Below are positions 28,479-37,722 of a stretch of 64,000 nt of DNA, piece after piece. The DNA comes from an uncultured Gammaproteobacteria bacterium (lineage in GTDB: Bacteria; Patescibacteriota; Patescibacteriia; Magasanikbacterales; UBA922). Where the stretch lies: positions 9,573-73,572 of the forward strand of contig CAZFUL010000006.1 in assembly GCA_964522435.1 (NCBI GenBank). The letters run 5' to 3'. Every line of letters begins with the position of its first letter. The stretch's first letter is position 1. Made by a program: the position numbers and the translations under genes. The notes below the pieces were generated by a model. The model had not been told where the DNA came from. It searched no databases and worked only from the letters and a program-made list of their open reading frames with translations.

Positions 28479-29532
28479 TTCCTACTTGTATCCAAGTGGT
28501 TGAGTTACCAGTTCCTTTTGGGTCTTTGCCCAATTTTTTTTTCTCAATATATTCGGAAAGGTAATTAGCTTTCTCTAATATAATTTCATCACCGTAGCTA
28601 TGCTGTTCACCCCAAAAAAAATCATTATCAACAAGAGACTTTGCATGACCCAAAAATTGTGCAGGGTTCCCCTTGGTGCCTCTTAAAATAAGCCAATCAT
28701 CGTTAAGTGTATATTTTATACTTGAGGAAGCACCAAAATTTTCTGCGTATCTATTATAAATCGGATGACGAATAGAATAATCTGAAAATGTTGGCACTCT
28801 TTCTAACCCCAAATCATTCACCTCTTTCCAATTTAACCAATCCATACGAGCAACCAAATTTGTTTCACCCACTTTACATTCGGACAAATCTTGTGGGAAT
28901 GCTCCACTGCAAAATATGTAGCCTCTCCACTCAGTTAGCTTCTTGATGCTCTGACTTTTCTTCAAGTACTCAATATCTGTTTCGGCAGTCTCTTTCATGT
29001 CAACGAGTAAATCCATATTATCTCGTTTCAACTTAAATGTTTGAACGATAGACTCAATATTCCGATTACACTGATCAATATCTTTGAGGTCTTGCTTCAC
29101 GATACGTAAACAAATACCATCAAAATAATCAAGGTTTCTTTCACAAACTGCACTTTTAAAGTCATCAGGATCACTTAGATTAAAAACAGGTACAAACCTC
29201 AACCCAAGCTTAGAAGCAAGGTTACTAATTTTATCTACACTTTCTATTTTAATCTCATTTTCTATCAAACTAAAATCAATCAAAATTTGACCGTCCCCCC
29301 AGGTATCTTTAACTTGTTGTGGTATTTCATCAATTTTTTTTCTAAACTCCATAATCTGCCATTGTGTGATTTCCTCTAAATTTTCTCGAACTAATGGTTT
29401 CCCTCCTTTATATTTTGGCATCACCAATTCAATCAAAGGTCTAATCATTGTTTTATTTTTTACGAACTTGAGTGCATTGCGTTCCGCAGATTTCCACTTA
29501 AGAACGGGAACATAATTATTAGTATCTGACAT
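28429..29532 (-). CDS. Beta-family protein (T4 beta/sce7725-like)
   Basis: YVPVLKWKSAERNAL, FSDYSI, IKYT...W, WIQVGINHHI. Confidence 0.8.
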   Translation of the reverse strand: MSDTNNYVPVLKWKSAERNALKFVKNKTMIRPLIELVMPKYKGGKPLVRENLEEITQWQIMEFRKKIDEIPQQVKDTWGDGQILIDFSLIENEIKIESVDKISNLASKLGLRFVPVFNLSDPDDFKSAVCERNLDYFDGICLRIVKQDLKDIDQCNRNIESIVQTFKLKRDNMDLLVDMKETAETDIEYLKKSQSIKKLTEWRGYIFCSGAFPQDLSECKVGETNLVARMDWLNWKEVNDLGLERVPTFSDYSIRHPIYNRYAENFGASSSIKYTLNDDWLILRGTKGNPAQFLGHAKSLVDNDFFWGEQHSYGDEIILEKANYLSEYIEKKKLGKDPKGTGNSTTWIQVGINHHIEFVLYQIANLT

Positions 29533-29536
29533 AATA

Positions 29537-30751
29537 TTAATTTTGACGGGCGGCATCGAAAAAATGACGCACCTTTGCATCCCCAATTATTTTATTTAAA
29601 TACACGTAATTACCTCTTTCATGCCTTATTTTTCCAGCAATAATTGCCACATGAATGCCCAGTTCTTTTGCTAAGCTATTAGCAGCTAGTGGTGAAGGAA
29701 CCAATTTCGCAGCACTTACATCCCATTTATCACTAGGAACTAATGCTTCTCCAGCCAAGTTGTCAGCCTCCTTTTCTTTTTCATCGATTTCCATACCTTT
29801 TATTCCGTCTAGCTCATCGAAAAATAACTCAGAACTGTTGCCGTAGTGCAATGCTATATGAGCTAATTCATGCATTAATGTAAACCAAAAGTTATCAAGC
29901 CGATCATGTCTAAGTGTTAACCCTATAACTGGTTTATCTTCAATAGTAAACATGGCCGCTCCATCTAAACGAGTTTTAGGAAAGTGAGGTTCAGTAACAA
30001 GTACTATCCCATGATTTTTAAGAAATTCTTGAGCTAACAAGGGGCTTTTATCTTGTATGCTTAACTTCACTAGACGCCTCATGAAATCAAGGTCTATTAT
30101 ACCTTTTTTGTATTTAATAGGTGTTTCTATTTCATAAGCTTTTTTTAGTACACAGCCAGCCCAGGCTGAAAGAGCTTGTCGATCTGTTGTTGGTGAGGAT
30201 CTGTAATTTGTTTGTCTAAGTAATCCCTGGAATTGAAGAGGAGAACCCCCTAGTGAGAAAAAAGTTTTTAATACTGTAGAACCATTCTCTCCATCAAACA
30301 TTTGATCTCCAAAATAGCCACGTTTACTCATTTCCTTCAACAAATGTTTACTCCAATTGGCGAACATGGGAACCCCTTCTTTGTCAGGTTTTCTTAAAAG
30401 TGCCTTTGCGGGTATCCCCAAACCATCTTCAAGAGATCTCATCATTTCAACCGTCAATTGACGTTTACCGGAAAGTATTTCAGACACTCGACTTCGACTT
30501 CCTATAAAAGGAACAAGATCAGTTGGTTTTAAGCCTAGTTGATCCATTCTAAATAGAATGGCGTCAATAGCACCTACTACAGACTCTGGAAACTGCTGAG
30601 ACTCATATTCTTTGACAAGAGTAACTAGAAGAGATAGTTTTTCGCCCTCTTCTGTGTCAGGATCAGGATCACTAATCATGAGCTGCTCAATAAATTTGAG
30701 AGCCTCATCATAGTCAGATTGATTTTTTATGAGTTTTATTTTATTAGACAT
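29537..30751 (-). CDS. higA: HigA-type HTH antitoxin fused to ImmA/IrrE metallopeptidase
   Basis: GSRSRVSEILSGKRQLT HTH; RLDNFWFTLMHELAH (HExxH) and EKEAD. Confidence 0.88.
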   Translation of the reverse strand: MSNKIKLIKNQSDYDEALKFIEQLMISDPDPDTEEGEKLSLLVTLVKEYESQQFPESVVGAIDAILFRMDQLGLKPTDLVPFIGSRSRVSEILSGKRQLTVEMMRSLEDGLGIPAKALLRKPDKEGVPMFANWSKHLLKEMSKRGYFGDQMFDGENGSTVLKTFFSLGGSPLQFQGLLRQTNYRSSPTTDRQALSAWAGCVLKKAYEIETPIKYKKGIIDLDFMRRLVKLSIQDKSPLLAQEFLKNHGIVLVTEPHFPKTRLDGAAMFTIEDKPVIGLTLRHDRLDNFWFTLMHELAHIALHYGNSSELFFDELDGIKGMEIDEKEKEADNLAGEALVPSDKWDVSAAKLVPSPLAANSLAKELGIHVAIIAGKIRHERGNYVYLNKIIGDAKVRHFFDAARQN

Positions 30752-30762
30752 ACAACAATTAG

Positions 30763-31041
30763 TTACCATTTCATATACTCATCATGTGTACCCACATTTT
30801 TTACGAGAACAATGTAATTTTTGTAATTTATTCGTACTCTCAAGCGGTACTTATTTCCTCTAATATTAAATACAACTTCGTCCTCAGGTAGAATACTTGC
30901 TTTGGGATACCTATTTTTGACAGCCGAGGGTGTATCCCAATGAGCATCATTTGCCTCACATTCCCATGCCTCCATGTGTTTTTTCGCATCAGCATGTTTC
31001 TGCTTGAAATTTTCTAATATCTGTTGTCCAATCAGTTTCAT
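30763..31041 (-). CDS. higB: HigB toxin (RelE-fold mRNA interferase)
   Basis: VFNIRGNKYRL...VGTHDEY signature. Confidence 0.92.
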   Translation of the reverse strand: MKLIGQQILENFKQKHADAKKHMEAWECEANDAHWDTPSAVKNRYPKASILPEDEVVFNIRGNKYRLRVRINYKNYIVLVKNVGTHDEYMKW

Positions 31042-31078
31042 ACGAAAAGCCGTCTGCTATTTATGGTATATACAATGT

Positions 31079-31091
31079 TCCCATATTGGGA
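31079..31091. promoter_or_regulatory. Palindromic operator beside the higB promoter
   Basis: TCCCA-TAT-TGGGA just downstream of minus-strand TTGAAG-17-TATTAT. Confidence 0.6.
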
Positions 31092-31214
31092 TATAATAAC
31101 ATACCATCAATATTACTTCAAGGGAGCTTTGTGGATAAAATTTATACTGCACCATCCAGTACAAACCGACTCTTTTGAAAATACGTTATAATCTTGTCCA
31201 CTACGTCCCGCAGG

Positions 31215-31242
31215 AAAAAATCCCTCATCAGAGGGGTTTTTT
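31215..31242 (+). terminator. Terminator, probably the original tRNA-Asp terminator displaced by the island
   Basis: AAAAAATCCCTC-ATCA-GAGGGGTTTTTT right after the attR core. Confidence 0.7.
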
Positions 31243-31298
31243 ATTTTATCTATTTTGCTATATACATGCTATACTAAATAGAGTATATACTCTCTCCT

Positions 31299-31697
31299 AT
31301 GAAAAAATTTTTACAGATATTTTTTATCACCTTAGGTAGTATCTTTTTTGTTCTTATTCTTGCCGGTATCTATCTCTATATTGCAGATCCATTTCATATA
31401 AAACCACTGTTTATCAATAACAGCGATACCATACTGCCTATAGAGGAACCCACATCTACTACCCAAGAAACTCCCTCTCCTAAAACGACCTCTGCTGATA
31501 AACACCCACTATTATCAGAAGCTCAAGAAAAAACAGTAGAAAAAGTTGGCATTGATCCAGCACAACTTCCGACGCAACTGACTCCTGAAATGGAAGCCTG
31601 CTTTAACAGCGCATTAGGTGAAGCGCGAGTGAATGAAATTAAAGCAGGGGCAACACCAACCGTTGTGGATTATATGACGGCTCGTGGCTGTTTATAA
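31299..31697 (+). CDS. Membrane-anchored hypothetical protein
   Basis: N-terminal TM; C-terminal CFNSALGEARVNEI...C. Confidence 0.75.
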   Translation: MKKFLQIFFITLGSIFFVLILAGIYLYIADPFHIKPLFINNSDTILPIEEPTSTTQETPSPKTTSADKHPLLSEAQEKTVEKVGIDPAQLPTQLTPEMEACFNSALGEARVNEIKAGATPTVVDYMTARGCL

Positions 31698-31718
31698 AAC
31701 AAAAACTATATCTATAAA

Positions 31719-31756
31719 AAAAGAGCCCTAAACTATATTAAGTTTAGGGCTCTTTT
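31719..31756. terminator. Bidirectional terminator
   Basis: AAAAGAGCCCTAAACT...AGTTTAGGGCTCTTTT. Confidence 0.8.
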
Positions 31757-31817
31757 GAGTCCCCGATCTTGTGTGCCCGTTCACAAGATCAGGGAAAAAT
31801 GCACAGTGATGTAGTAT

Positions 31818-32222
31818 CTACCCGCGTGGTGATCGACGCGGCGGGAGTTCACTGAATGCTTCTTCGATCGTTACGCCACCTCCCCGATCCTGGGCAAGTT
31901 GCCATGCCCTCATGTAGCAATTGCGGCAGACGTGATGCGTGCCGATGGTTCGGCGAACATTGTCTGAAGCATTTGCCTCCAAAAAAGTCGAGCACCCAGG
32001 CGCTGCGCAGGTTGTAGCGATGCGAGGAAGCGCTCGCCGTGGCGGAGCAAGATCTGCTTGAAAGACCTCTGCCAGTGTCTTGCCGCTGTTTCTGGCCAGC
32101 TCCCAAATACGCTGGTAACAGCCTCGGCAGAGCTGTTCCCCGTTGATCGATCGCTGCGTGCCTTGAGTAGCTTTGGCAGAGGGTTTGCCACAGCCAGGCG
32201 CAGCACAGATTTCATCCGTCAT
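31818..32222 (-). CDS. GC-rich protein with duplicated Cys4 zinc-finger-like domain
   Basis: CAAPGC...CRxCY twice; SD AGGGAG before MTDEIC. Confidence 0.75.
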   Translation of the reverse strand: MTDEICAAPGCGKPSAKATQGTQRSINGEQLCRGCYQRIWELARNSGKTLAEVFQADLAPPRRALPRIATTCAAPGCSTFLEANASDNVRRTIGTHHVCRNCYMRAWQLAQDRGGGVTIEEAFSELPPRRSPRG

Positions 32223-32603
32223 CGATTTCTCCCTATATCCCATCCTTGGCAATATTACCGAAAATACTCATCAAACCAAGATGGTTAACAAGTACAATTT
32301 AATTAATCAAACAATCACTTTAATGTCAAGATACCAATATAAAGTACATATAACTGAATTAAAAAATTTTTAATAATAAAAAACCCCGATTAAAATCGGA
32401 GTTTTTTATTCCTCAATCAGCTCATAGCGATATAAGATGATATTCAGCTTCGGGGGTTTGCATAATATAGTCAATTTCATTTCTCATTTACCCCGTTGGC
32501 CGCTTGTACACATGGTTTTTAATATTTTATAACATGTATAGCGAACCAAGACACATTTGCAACGAACTAAGCGAGAACGATAGCGCTTTTTGGGCGCGAT
32601 GTT

Positions 32604-32936
32604 CTACTGCTTTTTCATTGCGATTTCACGACACTTTGTACACTGACGTTCATGCGGCAACTGCATGAACTCTTGGATGGTGAGAAAGTTGAGGTAAATA
32701 TCCCCACCCCAACCGTCATTTTTGATGTGAGGATCTCCACACTCGTAGGCGTGGAAGATGCTCACACGAGCTCCAAACGTGTAGTCGTCGTGGAAGATCC
32801 ACGCACAGGTCTCGCAGCGATCCGCGTCCGAAAGACGGGCAAAGACGTCACCATTCACCCAGCGCTCGGTTACCCGATCGCAGTCCTCCTGGACGGATGC
32901 GGCACCAGGCAATGTGAAAATCAAGTGATGCTTCAT
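32604..32936 (-). CDS. GC-rich hypothetical protein with CxxC motifs
   Basis: SD AAGGAGG before MKHHLIF; CETC and CTKC. Confidence 0.6.
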   Translation of the reverse strand: MKHHLIFTLPGAASVQEDCDRVTERWVNGDVFARLSDADRCETCAWIFHDDYTFGARVSIFHAYECGDPHIKNDGWGGDIYLNFLTIQEFMQLPHERQCTKCREIAMKKQ

Positions 32937-33164
32937 CACTCGTTCCTCCTTGCAGTCATCCTTGGCATGATTGCCGACTGCCTTCGTATAACAGACTCTC
33001 TTATACAAGGGCAGGTAACAATATGACTCCACACCATAACAAAATAGATGTAATTTGTCAAGGATGGCTATTTCTTATTAAGAAAATACACGGTCACCCT
33101 TGCTACTTGAAGATTTCCTCAATCCATGCTATATCTAACAAACACCCAAAAGGAGAGGTGTATC

Positions 33165-33908
33165 ATGATGAAGTATTTGCTTTTCGTCTTCACGCTCATG
33201 ACTACTGGCTGTGCGCAAGATCCGCACCCAAGCCCTGAGCAAGAGCCGGTCGATGTCGGGGTCGGGGTCGGTGTCGAGCAGGATGCCAACAACGACCAAA
33301 CCGATGCCACTCCCTGCCCCATCACCATGTCAGACGCTGGTGAGGACATCACCCTCAGCTGGCGGTTCAATGGGCTGTCGCAGGTCTTTTACTTTGGTGG
33401 CGATGCCAGCGAAGAACCTGTCCCCTTCTCGTTCGAGGAGCATGAGACGACTCTCGCCGCCGAGCATCTGCAACCCTATGCGTTCCTTCTTGCGATCGCC
33501 TGCTTGTCAGGAGATGATTTCAATGAGATTCCCAACCGGCTGATCCCCTACGAACGTCCAAAAGTAGGAGACTGCATCTCCGCTTCATTTTCCGTGGAAG
33601 AACTGGAAGGAGCTCAGCAGGGAGCAGAAAACTGCCATGCCTACATTCTTCTTCTGTGTGACCCCTACCAGATTGAGGATGAAGGATCGCAAGAAAAAGG
33701 TGGTGGGAACTGTTTCAACGCAAATGAATTGTATCCCATTCCACAAGCCCCACCGTTCACGGGTGTACGGGTGACCGGCCAAATGTTTCTGCGTGCACCA
33801 GCTGTGCCAGAAACTGAGCTGAGCCATATCTGCCCAACATGGTTCGAGACCGAACGGGCCTCGTACTGTCGCCCGGGCTTCTACGGCTCGATCCTCAACC
33901 CCAACTAA
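33165..33908 (+). CDS. GC-rich lipoprotein
   Basis: MMKYLLFVFTLMTTGC lipobox; SD AAGGAGAGG. Confidence 0.72.
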   Translation: MMKYLLFVFTLMTTGCAQDPHPSPEQEPVDVGVGVGVEQDANNDQTDATPCPITMSDAGEDITLSWRFNGLSQVFYFGGDASEEPVPFSFEEHETTLAAEHLQPYAFLLAIACLSGDDFNEIPNRLIPYERPKVGDCISASFSVEELEGAQQGAENCHAYILLLCDPYQIEDEGSQEKGGGNCFNANELYPIPQAPPFTGVRVTGQMFLRAPAVPETELSHICPTWFETERASYCRPGFYGSILNPN

Positions 33909-34070
33909 ACCAACACGGTGCAGTCATGCACCCGTTGGAGGAATAACACAAGCCACTCCAACGTCACAACTTGTTGAAGTCATTCAACAGGTTATGACGA
34001 GTGGCTTGTTTTATGTTACGTATATAATTTAGCATATGCTATACTGAGCGTACTTTTTAATATCTATATT

Positions 34071-34931
34071 ATGGAACCAAATAAACGAACCCTTTCTATT
34101 ACTCCAATACTTATACTAAGTATTCTTGTAGGTACTCTTGCTATTGGTGGGATAGTATATCTTTTACGCACAGATAGCACACATGATGCCTCAACATCAA
34201 TCAATAATTCTCAGATCTTTTCTCTTCAAGAAACAATTGAAATTCAACGAAAAAAAATAGGATTGTTAGAACAACAATCGAAAAAAGAAACGGAAGCAAT
34301 GGTCCCCGAATCACGCGTTCAAGAAATTGTTGAATCATACCAAGACTATATTCTTACGCGTGATGAGACTATCCCAGCATTATCGCCTGATGATAGCGCT
34401 TCTTTCTCAGATGACATACTTGGATTAGCTTTTAATTACCCAAAAACATTGGGAGAACTACGTATTGGCATTGAACCAAAACAAGTTGTTGAAGAAGGAC
34501 AAGAGGAATATGAACGTGCTCTTTTTGTGCTAGTAAATAATTCAACCGAAGGGGTGCATTTTCTTAGTGCAACAAACGGCAAAAAACAGGAAGGACGCGG
34601 TCTCTTCTATGGAGATCAAGCGCGTCACTTACTCACAGTAACCAATTTGCAAGAGGTATGTGACTCGTTCGAATCAGAAGAATCATGGTGGGGAGCAAAA
34701 GTAATTGATTGTACGGTGATGACCAACCGCTATGGTCTTTCCTATGTAAAATACATAACTCCTGCTCCAGAATTTGGCTCTCCTAATCCCCTCGCAGTAC
34801 TCTATATATTTAAAAATCCACAAAGTGAATTTGGCTATGTCGCCCTTTCTTCTAGCCGAATAAAAACATCACTTCATGAGGGAGAAATTATTTTAGATCA
34901 AATCATGCAAAGTATGCAATTTACACAATAA
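34071..34931 (+). CDS. Membrane-anchored extracytoplasmic protein
   Basis: N-terminal TM, coiled coil, LGLAFNYP...IMQSMQF (PsbP-like pattern). Confidence 0.7.
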   Translation: MEPNKRTLSITPILILSILVGTLAIGGIVYLLRTDSTHDASTSINNSQIFSLQETIEIQRKKIGLLEQQSKKETEAMVPESRVQEIVESYQDYILTRDETIPALSPDDSASFSDDILGLAFNYPKTLGELRIGIEPKQVVEEGQEEYERALFVLVNNSTEGVHFLSATNGKKQEGRGLFYGDQARHLLTVTNLQEVCDSFESEESWWGAKVIDCTVMTNRYGLSYVKYITPAPEFGSPNPLAVLYIFKNPQSEFGYVALSSSRIKTSLHEGEIILDQIMQSMQFTQ

Positions 34932-34936
34932 TTTTT

Positions 34937-35809
34937 ATGAATAAATTGATAGTAACAATAAAAAGCAACCCGTACTTCCCTCTGATTATTTTTATTACGA
35001 TATTACTCGTATCTGCAGGAGCATGCATTACAGCATTTTATTGGTATACCGCACCCCCACCTGTGTCTCATCGTTTTGATAATCTGCCCGTATACACCCC
35101 CACAGAACCACCCATAGTATGCGCAAAAGAAGACAAGGTTATTTTACAAAATACAGATAACCCAAACCAAAAAATTGTGAAGCAACAATGCAACCTCCGC
35201 TCAGTTCATGAACAAATTACATACTTTTGGGTTGACGAAGAAGAAAGAATCGCTCTCGATCTTTCTATTGGCCATATATTAGAACTTTCAATATCTGACG
35301 GAACGATTACCAAGATACAAGATAATGAATTTTTAGTGAGTTATGGTTTTGGGGAAGGTTTTTCTTGTAATGCAGGTGGCATTGAAATATATTATATTGT
35401 TAATTTTACTACTAAAGATATTGAAGAAGAACGATTGTCTATTGCAGGGGCAGTTACGTCCGCAGATCCAAATGCTGAAGCACCTAATTGTGGATGTCTC
35501 GATGAAAGTAGCTATGTAACATTTGGGAAAGAAGACAGCAATACTGAACCACATCGTTTAGAATTCTACTTGCGTTGTAGTACAGATGGAATGAGTAGAA
35601 ATTTAGAAGTACTCACTCGCCCAACAAGTACCGTATCTATTACTGAAAGTAATGTACCACTTGATACGAAACTCAAGGACTACATATATTTATATGATAC
35701 AAGCCAGATTGCAGAAAGTATTAAAACAAACATGTTCACTTTTTCTATTGCCAGTACCAGCTACACATACGATATCAGCAATGGAACAGTTACTGTAACG
35801 GATCTATAG
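34937..35809 (+). CDS. Membrane-anchored hypothetical protein
   Basis: N-terminal TM; operonic with the previous gene. Confidence 0.7.
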   Translation: MNKLIVTIKSNPYFPLIIFITILLVSAGACITAFYWYTAPPPVSHRFDNLPVYTPTEPPIVCAKEDKVILQNTDNPNQKIVKQQCNLRSVHEQITYFWVDEEERIALDLSIGHILELSISDGTITKIQDNEFLVSYGFGEGFSCNAGGIEIYYIVNFTTKDIEEERLSIAGAVTSADPNAEAPNCGCLDESSYVTFGKEDSNTEPHRLEFYLRCSTDGMSRNLEVLTRPTSTVSITESNVPLDTKLKDYIYLYDTSQIAESIKTNMFTFSIASTSYTYDISNGTVTVTDL

Positions 35810-35907
35810 ACTCACCTAAACAAAAAACAGCCTTACTCAAAAGCTGTTTTTTTTCTTCCCCGAAGCATACTATTGCATCAGGGATCACCTCCTTCTTGGA
35901 AAAGATG

Positions 35908-36456
35908 TCATCGCCGCCGAAACAGCAAATACATCATAATGGTATCTGGAAGAGCAAAGCCAAGTGCTGGCGCCACATGGCCAATCGTGTATGCTGGAAT
36001 CGCAATGATGGTGCACACACAGGAGAGCCAATACAGCGTCCAGGCAACCCGGCTTTCTCGCTCGGGATGCTTCCACGCCGCAATGAGCGTGGGAATTGCG
36101 CCAATAATCATGACGATCGCATTCAACAGAATGCTTACTTCAGGATCATTAGTTCGCACCCAAGCAACAATACCCAGAATTGACACGCCCACACAAATGA
36201 TTTCGGTAAACGACCAGGTGGCCGTCCCATACCGAAATGAGAGTAGGGCGACAATAACGGATCCAATCGTCGCCCCCACAATTTGGCCATTAAGCGTATT
36301 GCTCGCACTCATCGCAATGAGGACAAGCAAATTGACGCTTGACCAAATCATCCACGTGGCCTTGTTTGGCCGGACCTTATTTTTGAGTACTCCCCAAATA
36401 TAGGGGACAAACCCAATAAAAAAAAGTACACCGGCTACCAGTTGAATTTTTTCCAC
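35908..36456 (-). CDS. Multi-TM membrane protein (PQ-loop-like)
   Basis: FVPYIWGVLK..RPNKATWMIW; IPTLIAAWKHPERES; SD AAGGAGGG. Confidence 0.75.
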   Translation of the reverse strand: MEKIQLVAGVLFFIGFVPYIWGVLKNKVRPNKATWMIWSSVNLLVLIAMSASNTLNGQIVGATIGSVIVALLSFRYGTATWSFTEIICVGVSILGIVAWVRTNDPEVSILLNAIVMIIGAIPTLIAAWKHPERESRVAWTLYWLSCVCTIIAIPAYTIGHVAPALGFALPDTIMMYLLFRRR

Positions 36457-36505
36457 AATACCCTCCTTGAAGGATGTCTCGTCACACCTGTGATATCATA
36501 CCCAT

Positions 36506-37705
36506 CTATTTTTGTAAAGAGGGTATAAGACGATATATCTGATCATCACCAGGGGTCACTTTTCCACGACCATCGGTATTACTTGTGGAGATATATACCG
36601 CGCCATCTGGTCCTTGTACCACATCGCGCACACGACCAATCTCTATAGGGAGTTTTTCTACGAATTCTACGGTATCAAAAGAATCTGTGGTAAATACAAC
36701 GCGATATACTCCTTCTCCTTTTAACGCACCAAAAAACAAATCTCCTTGCCAAGCAGGAAATACATCTCCAGAATAGACAAGTGCCGACGCAGGAGCCAAT
36801 GCCGGGGTAAATTGGATAACAGGGCTGATAAGACCTTCTTTTGCCTTGTCATGAGAGACAATCGGCCAACCATAATTTCCGCCTGGGATAATACGGTTTA
36901 TTTCATCTCCTCCCGCTGGTCCGTCAAATACAGACGGCCCATGCTCGGTACTCAACAGTATTCCCGACGTCATATCCCAGGCAATGCCTTGCGGATTTCT
37001 GTGTCCCAAACTATATATAGGCGATTGTGGAAAAGGATTATCCTGTGGAATAGTACCATCTGAATGAATCCGTAATATTTTTCCAGCAAGCGATTGGGTA
37101 TCTTGCGCAAGTGTTTTGTCTGTGGCGTCCCCAGTCGTAATATATAACAACCCATCAGGACCAAACGCCAACCGACAGCCCGCATGGTATTGTGCTGCAG
37201 GAATTTTATCAATAATGACTTGTTCATTCTCTGCGCTCATGCCCTTATCCTCCAACCGTACCACACGAGTGGCTAATGCTCCTTGTTGTTCATACGCATA
37301 ACAGGCATAAATAAATGTATTTTCACTATATGCAGGGTCAACGGCTAAGCCCATGAGTCCTTCTTCTGATTGGCTTGATACCCCATCAAACAGATATAAC
37401 GGTTTTTCTATAAGAACACCTTTTTCAATAATGCGAATGGCGCCAGAGCGTTCACTCACCAGCATACGATCTGTATCAGTAAAGATAATACTCCATGGAA
37501 CAGATAATCCGCTGGCAACGACTTCCATAGTGATAGCAGGTGATTGCCGTTCATTATCTTCAACAGTAACGGCTTCGGGCAAAAAAACAGTGCTATTATT
37601 TGTGGAAGAAATAAATGGAAGCGGAAGAGCAAGATAGCGAGCAATAAAAACTCCAACAATACCCATGAAGATACATAAAAAAATAATGATGAGATTTCTT
37701 TTCAT
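36506..37705 (-). CDS. PQQ-dependent sugar dehydrogenase (GSDH family)
   Basis: GLSVPW, FGPDGLLYITTGDA, GHRNPQG, DEINRI.PGGNYGWP. Confidence 0.93.
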   Translation of the reverse strand: MKRNLIIIFLCIFMGIVGVFIARYLALPLPFISSTNNSTVFLPEAVTVEDNERQSPAITMEVVASGLSVPWSIIFTDTDRMLVSERSGAIRIIEKGVLIEKPLYLFDGVSSQSEEGLMGLAVDPAYSENTFIYACYAYEQQGALATRVVRLEDKGMSAENEQVIIDKIPAAQYHAGCRLAFGPDGLLYITTGDATDKTLAQDTQSLAGKILRIHSDGTIPQDNPFPQSPIYSLGHRNPQGIAWDMTSGILLSTEHGPSVFDGPAGGDEINRIIPGGNYGWPIVSHDKAKEGLISPVIQFTPALAPASALVYSGDVFPAWQGDLFFGALKGEGVYRVVFTTDSFDTVEFVEKLPIEIGRVRDVVQGPDGAVYISTSNTDGRGKVTPGDDQIYRLIPSLQK

Positions 37706-37722
37706 AGCAAAAAAATAACTCT

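Larger units (their letters stand above)
23525..31211. mobile_element. Serine-recombinase genomic island at the 3' end of tRNA-Asp (about 7.7 kb)
   Basis: Recombinase next to tRNA; shared CCGC core at 23525-23528 and 31208-31211; joining restores tRNA plus terminator and an in-frame integrase tail. Confidence 0.8.

Noticed and set aside
23489-31211. Island as a prophage
   Set aside because: No structural, terminase or replication genes recognised
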